Source: an uncultured candidatus Brocadiaceae bacterium (GTDB lineage: Bacteria; Planctomycetota; UBA1135; UBA2386). Taken from it: a stretch of DNA of 64,000 nt. Below the pieces are notes generated by a model. The model saw nothing but the letters and a program-made list of their open reading frames with translations, had not been told where the DNA came from and did not search any database. Within the stretch, counting starts at the first letter, position 1, and the number at the start of each line of letters is the position of its first letter. The stretch is from contig CAZIZN010000006.1 in NCBI GenBank assembly GCA_964543795.1, positions 143,619-207,618 on the forward strand, in the 5' to 3' direction. A program made the position numbers and the translations under genes. Below, in pieces: positions 9,993 to 17,779 of the stretch.

Positions 9993-11160
9993 CCCCACCC
10001 GCTTCGGTCTCGAGATCGTCTGCGAGCAGCCCCCCGAAGTGCTGCGCGCGAGCAAGCGCTTCGGCCTGCTCTGCAACCAGGCCTCGGTCGACGGCGCGTT
10101 CCGGCACGCCGCCGACGTGCTGCACACGAAGTTCCCGGGCCGCCTCGCGGCGCTGTTCAGCCCGCAGCACGGCCTGTGGTCCACCGAGCAGGACAACATG
10201 ATCGAATCGGGCCACGGCCGGCACCCGCGCCTGCAGATCCCGGTGCACAGCCTCTACTCGGAGACGCGGCGGCCGACGCAGGCCATGCTCGACGGCCTCG
10301 ACCTGCTCGTCGTCGACCTGCAGGACGTCGGCACGCGCGTCTACACCTACGTCTGGACGCTGAGCTACTGCCTCGAGGCGTGCGCGCAGAAGGGCATCCC
10401 GCTGCTGGTGCTCGACCGCCCGAACCCGCTCGGCGGACTCGCCGCCGAAGGGCCGCTGCTGCAGCTCGACCACCGCAGCTTCGTCGGCCGCGCCGCGATC
10501 CCGATGCGGCACGGCCTCACACTCGGCGAACTGGCCCGCTTCTGCAACGACAGCATGGGGCTCGGCGCCGACGTGCACGTAGCACCGATGGCCGGCTGGC
10601 GGCGCACGATGCTCTGGCCCGACACGGGCCGCGCCTGGGTGCCGCCGTCGCCGAACCTGCCGCGCTTCGAGGGCTGCCTCGTCTATCCGGGCCAGGTGCT
10701 GCTCGAAGGCACGAACCTCAGCGAAGGCCGCGGCACGACGACGCCGTTCGAGCAGTGCGGCGCCCCGTTCGTCGATCCCTGGCAGCTGCAGGCCCTGCTC
10801 TCGACGCGCGCTCTCGACGGTGTGGCGCTGCGGCCGGTGCACTACGAGCCGACCTTCCACAAGTGGCGCGGGCAGACCTGCGGCGGCCTGTTCCTGCACG
10901 TCACGGACGCCGCGAAGTTCGCGCCCTACCGCACGACGCTGGCCCTGTTGCGCGCCGTGCGCGAACTCTGGCCGCAGCAGTTCGCATGGCTCGAGCCGCC
11001 CTATGAGTACGAGACCGAGAAGATGCCGATCGACGTGCTCACGGGCGGCAGCGAGGTGCGCGCGTTCGTCGAGGGCAAGCGGCCGTGGGCGCAGCTCGAG
11101 GCGCTGGCGAGCTCGCCGGACGACTGGTGGCAGCGCACGAGGCGGTTCCTGCTGTATTGA
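9985..11160 (+). CDS. second DUF1343 (NamZ-family) paralog, no signal peptide
   Basis: 8-nt overlap with the previous gene. It has the same conserved blocks (LLCNQASV, LFSPQHG, VVDLQDVGTRVYTY, VLDRPNP, PSPNL, EGTNLSEGRGT). The N-terminus MSDPTRFGLEIV has no hydrophobic leader. Confidence 0.8.
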   Translation: MSDPTRFGLEIVCEQPPEVLRASKRFGLLCNQASVDGAFRHAADVLHTKFPGRLAALFSPQHGLWSTEQDNMIESGHGRHPRLQIPVHSLYSETRRPTQAMLDGLDLLVVDLQDVGTRVYTYVWTLSYCLEACAQKGIPLLVLDRPNPLGGLAAEGPLLQLDHRSFVGRAAIPMRHGLTLGELARFCNDSMGLGADVHVAPMAGWRRTMLWPDTGRAWVPPSPNLPRFEGCLVYPGQVLLEGTNLSEGRGTTTPFEQCGAPFVDPWQLQALLSTRALDGVALRPVHYEPTFHKWRGQTCGGLFLHVTDAAKFAPYRTTLALLRAVRELWPQQFAWLEPPYEYETEKMPIDVLTGGSEVRAFVEGKRPWAQLEALASSPDDWWQRTRRFLLY

Positions 11161-11231
11161 GCAGGCGCGGCGCCCGGGAGTGCGGCGCGACCGACTGCGA
11201 CCCTGCGGGCGCGGGGCACTAGACTCGGCGC

Positions 11232-11972
11232 ATGCGCCAGATCCTGCTGCCGCTCGCCATCACCGTTCTCGTCGCCCTCATGCCCGCCCAGTCCGACCCA
11301 CCCGCGCCCGGCAAGCAGGTCGAGCAGTCGCTCGCCGTCGGCGACGCGACGATCCGCTATCTCTGCTACCTGCCCGCCGACCACGCCACGCGTCGGGAAC
11401 CCGCGCCGCTGCTGCTGTTCCTGCACGGCCGCGGCGAGAGCAAGGGCCCGCTGGCGAACGTGGCGACCTGGGGACCGCCGAAATACCTCGCCGCCGGCGA
11501 CTCCCTGCCGATGGTCGTGCTGTCGCCGCAGTGCCCGATGGACGCGTGGTGGCACCACGACGAGCAGCAGCGGCTGCTGATCGCGCTGCTCGACCACGCC
11601 GAACGCACGCTGCGCATCGACGAGGACCGCGTCTACGTCGCCGGCCTCAGCATGGGCGGGTTCGGCACGTGGCGGCTCGCCGCCGACCACGCCGGCCGTT
11701 TCGCCGCGGCCGTGGCCGTCTGCGGCGCCGGCGAACCGGCGTGGGCGCCGAAGCTGACGAAGCTGCCGATCTGGGCCTGGCACGGCGCCGACGACCGCAT
11801 CGTGCCGCACGCGCGCTCCGTCGAGATGGTCGAGGCGATCCGCAAGGCCGGCGGCGAACAGGTGCGTTTCACGAGCCTCGCGCACGTCGGCCACAACAGC
11901 TGGGAACCGGCGTTCCGCTCCCCCGACCTCTGGCGCTGGCTCGGCGAACAGCGGCGCGCGAAGGCGCACTGA
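11232..11972 (+). CDS. secreted alpha/beta-hydrolase (carboxylesterase/peptidase-like)
   Basis: Signal peptide LVALMPAQS, nucleophile elbow GLSMGG, plus LFLHGRGES and WHGADDRIVP. Confidence 0.7.
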   Translation: MRQILLPLAITVLVALMPAQSDPPAPGKQVEQSLAVGDATIRYLCYLPADHATRREPAPLLLFLHGRGESKGPLANVATWGPPKYLAAGDSLPMVVLSPQCPMDAWWHHDEQQRLLIALLDHAERTLRIDEDRVYVAGLSMGGFGTWRLAADHAGRFAAAVAVCGAGEPAWAPKLTKLPIWAWHGADDRIVPHARSVEMVEAIRKAGGEQVRFTSLAHVGHNSWEPAFRSPDLWRWLGEQRRAKAH

Positions 11973-11976
11973 CGCG

Positions 11977-13800
11977 GTGCCGGCGACGCCTTGCGGTAGC
12001 ATCGCCGACGTGCGCCTCTCCCTCTGGCCCCTGCTGATCGTGCCCGCACCGCCGCTCTCGGCGCAGGACGCGGCGGGCACCGGCCTCGCCGAGCGCTACT
12101 GCGCCGAGTGCCACACCGGCGCCGACGCCGAACGGGGCTTCCGCATCGACGCAGCCTTGGCCGATGCGACCGGCGCCGGGGCCGAGCAGGCGCTCCTGCG
12201 CCTGCGCTCGCGCACGATGCCGCCGCCCGACGCCGCGCAGCCTACCGCCGAAGAACGCCGCCGGCTCGCGGCGCACCTCGCCGCGCGCGTGCCGGTCGAT
12301 CCCGCGGCCGCGGCCCCGACGATGCGCCGGCTGGCCAGGGTCGAGTACGAACGCACGGTCCGCGACCTGTTCGGCATCGACTGGCGCGGCGGCGATCTGC
12401 TGCCCGAGGATCCGCGGGCCTACGGTTTCGACAACGTCGGCGACGTCACCGGCATGACGCCGCTGTCGTTCGAGAAGTACGCCGCCGCGGCCGCCGCGAT
12501 CGCAGCGCTCGTTCTCGCGGATCCGGCCGCGACGGCGCGCGCGTTCGGCGACGGGGCGCCGCTCGCGACGGGTCTCGCCGACCTGCTCGACCGCGCGTTC
12601 CGCCGGCCCGCCCACCAGGCCGAGATCGACGCGCGCTGCGAGCTGTTCGCGTCGCTGCGCGCGGCGGGCCACGACGAGACGACGGCGCGCGCGGCCGTGC
12701 TGCGCAGCGTGCTGACCTCGCCGTCGTTCCTGTTCCGCGTCGAGGTCGATCGTCCGGACGGCGGCCTCTCGGGCCACGAACTCGCGGTGCGGTTGTCCTA
12801 CCTCCTGACCGGTTCGTCGCCCGATGCAGCGCTGCGCCAGCGCGCGGCCCGCGGCGAACTGCACGACCGCGCGGTGCTCACCGCCGAGGCGCGGCGACTC
12901 GTCGCCGCGACGGGCGGCCGCCAGCTCGCCGAACGCTTCGCCGCACAGTGGCTGCGCCTGCAGGACGTACTGACCCACAACGCGGACTTCCGGCGCTACC
13001 CGGAGATCTGGAACCACGCGCTGCGGCCGGCCTTCCACGAGGAGGCCGTGCGGTTCTTCGCGGCGCTGGCGGCCGGCGACGAACGCGTGCTGCTGCTGCT
13101 CGATGCGGACTTCACGTTCGCGAACGACACGCTGCGGCGGCACTACGGGCTGCCCGGCGACGGCGGCGGCGACGAGTGGCAGCGCGTGCCCCTGCCCGAC
13201 CGCCGCCGCGGCGGGGTACTCGGCATGGGGGCGATGCTGTTCGTCTCGTCCTACCCGTTGCGCACGAGCCCGGTGCTGCGCGGCAAGTGGGTGCTCGACC
13301 ACCTGCTCGACACGCCGCCGCCGCCGCCGCCGCCCGGTGCAGGCACGCTGCCCGCGGACGACCGGCAGCCCGACGAACTGACGCTGCGCCAACGCCTCGA
13401 ACGGCATCGCCAGCAGAAGTCCTGTGCGGACTGCCACGCCCAGATCGACCCGATCGGTTTCGCGCTCGAGAACTACGACGTGCTCGGCCGCTGGCGCGAC
13501 GCCGTGCACGGCCAGGCGGTGGACGCACGCGCCGAACTGCCCGACGGCACCGCCCTCGACGGCCCGGCCGCGCTCAAGGACGCGCTGCTGCTGCGCCAGG
13601 ACGACTTCGTGCGGGCGATGGCCAAGGCCCTGCTCGTCTTCGGCACCGGCCGGCCGACCGCCGTCGCCGACGAAGCCGAACTGCAGCGCATCGTCGGCGC
13701 CAGCGCGGCGGGCGACCACCGTTTCGGCCCGTTGCTCGACGCCGTCATCACGTCGCCGCTCTTCACGAGCCGGCGGCTCGCCCCGGAGAAGCGGCCGTGA
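11977..13800 (+). CDS. DUF1592/DUF1587/DUF1588/DUF1585 family protein with a c-type heme motif
   Basis: CAECH heme motif. It also has RRLARVEYERTVRDLFGI (DUF1587-like), LTSPSFLFRVE (DUF1588-like) and CADCHAQIDPIGFALENYDVLGRWR (DUF1585-like). The start may be the GTG at 12010, which gives signal peptide MRLSLWPLLIVPAPPLSAQ. Confidence 0.75.
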   Translation: MPATPCGSIADVRLSLWPLLIVPAPPLSAQDAAGTGLAERYCAECHTGADAERGFRIDAALADATGAGAEQALLRLRSRTMPPPDAAQPTAEERRRLAAHLAARVPVDPAAAAPTMRRLARVEYERTVRDLFGIDWRGGDLLPEDPRAYGFDNVGDVTGMTPLSFEKYAAAAAAIAALVLADPAATARAFGDGAPLATGLADLLDRAFRRPAHQAEIDARCELFASLRAAGHDETTARAAVLRSVLTSPSFLFRVEVDRPDGGLSGHELAVRLSYLLTGSSPDAALRQRAARGELHDRAVLTAEARRLVAATGGRQLAERFAAQWLRLQDVLTHNADFRRYPEIWNHALRPAFHEEAVRFFAALAAGDERVLLLLDADFTFANDTLRRHYGLPGDGGGDEWQRVPLPDRRRGGVLGMGAMLFVSSYPLRTSPVLRGKWVLDHLLDTPPPPPPPGAGTLPADDRQPDELTLRQRLERHRQQKSCADCHAQIDPIGFALENYDVLGRWRDAVHGQAVDARAELPDGTALDGPAALKDALLLRQDDFVRAMAKALLVFGTGRPTAVADEAELQRIVGASAAGDHRFGPLLDAVITSPLFTSRRLAPEKRP

Positions 13801-15080
13801 ACGATCCGCGCGGACCGACGCGGCGGACCTTCCTGCGCGGCGCCGGTGCGGCGCTCGCCGTGCCGTGGCTCGAGACCTTCGCGCCGCCGCGCGGCGCTCG
13901 GCCCGTGCGGCTGGCGATCCTCGTGATGCCCAACGGTGCGTTGCCCTCGGCGTGGACCCCGGCGGCGGACGGTGCCGGCGGCTGGACGCCGTCGTACAGC
14001 CTGCAGCCGCTGGCCGCCCGTCGGGCCGAGGTCAACGTGCTGACCGGCCTGGCCAACCGCCGGAGCTTCTCCGGCGACGGCCACTACGCGAAGGTCGCCC
14101 CGCTGCTGACGGGCGCGAAGATCCGTCGCACCGGCGGCCGCGACCTGTGGAACGGCGTGTCGATGGACCAGGTGGCGGCGCGCGCCATCGGCGGCGCCAC
14201 CTTGCTGCCGTCGCTCGAACTCGGTTGCGACCCGATCTATCCGGTCGAGGACATGGGCTACTCGACGGTCTACGGCGGCAACATCGCCTGGACCGCACCG
14301 GACCGGCCGACGACCAAGGAGATCGTGCCGCGCGCGGTCTTCGACCGGCTGTTCCGCAGCACGGCGCTCGCCAGCGACCCGACGCGGCAGAGCGTGCTCG
14401 ACGTGGTTCGCCAGGACGCCGCGCGCCTGCGTGGGCGCCTGTCCCGGCGCGACCAGCACGAACTGGCCGGATACCTCGACTCCGTGCGCGCCCTCGAGCG
14501 GCGCATCGAGGCGATCGAACGCACGGCGCCGCCGGCGATCGATCCCGCGCGCACGCCGCCGCCGGGCGTGCCCGAGGACTACCCGACCCACGTCGGGCTC
14601 ATGCTCGACCTGATCGCGCTGGCGTTCGCCGCCGATGCGACGCGCATCGTCACGTTCCTCATGGCGAACGAGGTCTCGAGCCGCAGCTTCGGCTTCCTCG
14701 AGGGCTGCGGGGGCGGCTTCCACGAGTACTCGCACCACGAGGGGCGGGAGGAGAAGCAGGAGGCCTACCGCCGCATCAACCGCTGGCACGTGCAGCAGTA
14801 TGCCGGACTGCTCGATCGGCTCGCCGCGCTGCGCGAAGGCGAAGGATCGGTGCTCGACCGCTCGATGGTCGTGTTCGCTGCGGCGATGAGCGACGGCAAC
14901 GCGCACTCGCCGCACGACCTGCCGGTCCTGTTGGCCGGCGGCGGCGACGGCACGCTGCCGGCGGGTCGCCTGCTCGCGAGCAGAGCCGACACGCCGCTGT
15001 GTTCGCTGTGGCTCGCGCTGCTGCAGCGGCTCGGCGTCGAGGCGCGTTCGTTCGGCGACGCGCACCGGCCGCTGTGCTGA
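13797..15080 (+). CDS. DUF1552 protein with a Tat-type signal
   Basis: GTGA overlap with the upstream gene. Twin-arginine leader TRRTFLRGAGAALAVPW. FHEYSHH block typical of DUF1552. This is only the last 427 codons of the 990-aa track ORF. Confidence 0.75.
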   Translation: MNDPRGPTRRTFLRGAGAALAVPWLETFAPPRGARPVRLAILVMPNGALPSAWTPAADGAGGWTPSYSLQPLAARRAEVNVLTGLANRRSFSGDGHYAKVAPLLTGAKIRRTGGRDLWNGVSMDQVAARAIGGATLLPSLELGCDPIYPVEDMGYSTVYGGNIAWTAPDRPTTKEIVPRAVFDRLFRSTALASDPTRQSVLDVVRQDAARLRGRLSRRDQHELAGYLDSVRALERRIEAIERTAPPAIDPARTPPPGVPEDYPTHVGLMLDLIALAFAADATRIVTFLMANEVSSRSFGFLEGCGGGFHEYSHHEGREEKQEAYRRINRWHVQQYAGLLDRLAALREGEGSVLDRSMVVFAAAMSDGNAHSPHDLPVLLAGGGDGTLPAGRLLASRADTPLCSLWLALLQRLGVEARSFGDAHRPLC

Positions 15081-15113
15081 TGCGCGCCTGCCGGAGAGCG
15101 CCTGCCCACGCCG

Positions 15114-16241
15114 TCACTGCGTGACGATGATCACCGCGTCGCTGGCCGTGGCACCGAGCGGGCCGCACGGGTCGAGGAAGCCCATCTGGAAGGCGAACGA
15201 TTGGCCCGCACCGATCCATGCCGGCAGCGGCAACGCGGTCCGCGCGACGCCGCTCGCGCTGGCGCTCGAAAGCAGGATCACCGACGACGAGGGGTCGAGC
15301 CAGTAGTCGATGCCGGCGATCGCGAGCGGCGCGGTCGCCGCCGAGAGGGCAATCGCGCCGAACGCGGTCGCGTTCGCGGGCGCCTGGGTGCACGACACGG
15401 CGAAGTCGAGGTTGCCGGCGCTGGGCACGCTGCGCAGCGCCATGCGCAGCGCGCCGAGGCAGCCGGGCGTGCTGACGCCGACGTGGAACGCGACGGGCGC
15501 GGCGAAGCCGCCGAGATTCAGCGGGTTGGCCGTGAACGCCACGCTGCCCGTGCTCGTGGCGTGCAGGCTGCCCGAGGTATCGAGCAGGTGGTTGTCGAGG
15601 TTCCACGTCGAGATGCCGCCCGCCAGCGAGTCCAGGCGCAGGTTCATGGTCTGCTGGATCTCGGCCGCGGTGCGCGCGAACGGCCAGAGGCGCACTTCGT
15701 CGAGCGAACCGTTCCAGACCTCGATCGGGCCGCCCGAGTCGTCGCCCTTGCCGATACGCAGGACACCGCCGCGGTCCCAGATCGGCGCCTGCGTGCCGGT
15801 CGCGGTCGCGACCTGCGCGCCGTTGACGAACAGGTTCGCGGTCGTGCCGTCGTAGGTGGCCGCGACGTGCGTCCAGGTCAGCAGCTGGCCCGCGCCGAAG
15901 GCCCAGTTGCAGGTCTTCGCGACGCCGTTGCTGCCGACGACCTTCCAGGTCAGGGTGCGCGCCGCGGTGTTGTTCGCGTTGACGCGCAGGAAGTAGGACT
16001 CCTGCTGCGGGGTGATGTTCTGCCGGCAGACGGTCGGATACCGCCAGCCGGTGCCCAGCGTCGCGTCGTCGTAGGTCAGCCACGCCTCGATCGTGATGCC
16101 GGTCTGCGGCACGACGGCGGGCGAGTACGGCACTTCGAGGTAGCCGTCGACGCCGTTGACGAGCGTGATGCCGGTCTGGGCGGCGGCGGGAGCGAGCAGG
16201 GACGTGGCGGCGAACAGGGTGGCGAGGGTGGGGCGAGTCAC
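15114..16241 (-). CDS. secreted LamG/concanavalin-like protein with the shared C-terminal domain
   Basis: GTG start, signal peptide LLAPAAAQ. LamG_3-type blocks (TIEAWL, WTHVAATYDG, LFVNG, DEVRLW). The last ~118 aa are a near copy of the paralog at 16535-17665. Confidence 0.8.
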   Translation of the reverse strand: MTRPTLATLFAATSLLAPAAAQTGITLVNGVDGYLEVPYSPAVVPQTGITIEAWLTYDDATLGTGWRYPTVCRQNITPQQESYFLRVNANNTAARTLTWKVVGSNGVAKTCNWAFGAGQLLTWTHVAATYDGTTANLFVNGAQVATATGTQAPIWDRGGVLRIGKGDDSGGPIEVWNGSLDEVRLWPFARTAAEIQQTMNLRLDSLAGGISTWNLDNHLLDTSGSLHATSTGSVAFTANPLNLGGFAAPVAFHVGVSTPGCLGALRMALRSVPSAGNLDFAVSCTQAPANATAFGAIALSAATAPLAIAGIDYWLDPSSSVILLSSASASGVARTALPLPAWIGAGQSFAFQMGFLDPCGPLGATASDAVIIVTQ

Positions 16242-16311
16242 GGGAGCTCCGGGGTGATGCGGTCGGGAGGAGGCAGACTCGCAGGCCGGCGGCGGCTCGT
16301 AAAGGGGTGCG

Positions 16312-16329
16312 GCCGTGCTTCTGCACGGC
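16312..16329 (-). terminator. possible hairpin terminator downstream of the LamG paralog at 16535-17665
   Basis: GCCGTGC-TTCT-GCACGGC is a 7-bp stem. On the minus strand it is followed by CCGCACCCCUUUAC, a weak U-tract. Confidence 0.3.
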
Positions 16330-16534
16330 TACGCGGGCAGCGCGGCCGCCTGCGGGCGAAGTTCCTGCGCCACGTGACCGCTTCTCACCAGCGCCCGATG
16401 ACGCCCGCGGCGTTCGCGCCGGGGTCGTCGCCCTGCCAGCCGAACACCATGAGCGCGGCGTTCTGCGGCAGGCGGATCACGTTCGCTTCGTCTCCATTGC
16501 CGCCCGCCCCTCCCTCGCGCCCCCCACCGACCAG

Positions 16535-17665
16535 TCACTGCGTGACGATGATCACCGCGTCGCTCGCCGTGGCGCCCAGCGGGCCGCACGGGTCGAGGAA
16601 GCCCATCTGGAACGCGAACGACTGGCCGGCTCCGATCCAGGTCGGCAGCGGCAACGCGGTCCGCGCGACGCCGAGTCCGCTGGCGCTCGACAGCAGGATC
16701 ACCGACGACGCCGGATCGAGCCAGTAGTCGATGCCGGCGATCGCCAGCGGTGCACTCGCGACGCCGAACGCGATCGCGCCGAACGCGGTCGCGTTGGCCG
16801 GCGCCTGCGTGCACACGACGCGGAACGCGGTATTGCCGGCCGACGGCACGCTGCCGAGCGACATCGCGAGCGGCCCCAGACAGCCCGGCGTGCTCGCGCC
16901 GGCCAGGAAGGCCGTCGGCGCGGCGAACGCCTGCAGGGTCAGCGTGTTCGCGGTGAACGCCACGGCACCGCTGCTCGTCGCGTGCAGACCGCCCGACGTG
17001 TCCAGCAGGTGGTTGTCGAGGTTCCAGGTCGAGACGCGGCCCGGGATCGAATCGAGCTGCAGGTTCATCGTCTGCTGGATCTCCGCCGCCGTGCGCGCGA
17101 ACGGCCACAGCCGCACTTCGTCGATCTGCCCGTTCCAGACTTCGATCGGCGTCGCGACGTCCGAACCCTTGCCGATGCGCAGCACTTCGCTGTTGAGGTC
17201 GCGGATCGGCGCGCCGTTGCCGGCCGCGGAGCCGACCTGCACGCCGTTCACGTAGAGCACCGCGGCGGTGCCGTCGTAGGTCGCGGCAACGTGGGTCCAG
17301 GTGTTGAGCTGTCCCGTCGCGAACGGCCAGTTCACCGTCGGGCTGAGACCGCTCGTCGTCACCACCTTCCAGCGCAGCACGCGCGCGCCGGTGTTGCCGG
17401 CCTCGATGCGCAGGAAGTAGTCCTCGCTGCCGCCGACACTGATGCCCTGCCGCACGACGGTCGGGAACCGCCAGCCCGTCGGCAGCGTCGTGTCGTCGTA
17501 GGTGATCCAGGCCTCGACGGTGATGCCGGTCTGCGGCACGACGCGGGCGCTGTAGGGCACCTCGATGTAGCCGTCGACGAGGTTGCTGAGGGTGACGCCG
17601 GTGTTCTGGGCGAAGGACGGCGCGGCGAGGGCGAGGCCCGCGAGCGCGAGGGGGAAGTGCTTCAT
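16535..17665 (-). CDS. secreted LamG/concanavalin-like protein with the shared C-terminal domain (tandem paralog)
   Basis: The ATG at 17665 (MKHFPLALAGLALAAPSFAQ) was found by counting 376 codons back from the stop at 16535. It aligns with 15114-16241 over its whole length. Confidence 0.8.
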   Translation of the reverse strand: MKHFPLALAGLALAAPSFAQNTGVTLSNLVDGYIEVPYSARVVPQTGITVEAWITYDDTTLPTGWRFPTVVRQGISVGGSEDYFLRIEAGNTGARVLRWKVVTTSGLSPTVNWPFATGQLNTWTHVAATYDGTAAVLYVNGVQVGSAAGNGAPIRDLNSEVLRIGKGSDVATPIEVWNGQIDEVRLWPFARTAAEIQQTMNLQLDSIPGRVSTWNLDNHLLDTSGGLHATSSGAVAFTANTLTLQAFAAPTAFLAGASTPGCLGPLAMSLGSVPSAGNTAFRVVCTQAPANATAFGAIAFGVASAPLAIAGIDYWLDPASSVILLSSASGLGVARTALPLPTWIGAGQSFAFQMGFLDPCGPLGATASDAVIIVTQ

Positions 17666-17779
17666 GGTTCCTGGTGGTGTTTCGGGCCCCGTAGTGACGA
17701 GGTCCCGGGTGGTATCCGATTCCGCAGCCTCGCACGCCGCCTTCTGCCGGTAAAGACCCGCGCCTACGATGGCGGCCAG

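Noticed and set aside
16535-16537. TGA at the end of the second LamG gene as a selenocysteine or programmed readthrough codon.
   Set aside because: I could not find a SECIS-like hairpin directly downstream. The paralog at 15114 ends at the same residue (IIVTQ) with a normal stop. A decayed fragment is the simpler explanation.
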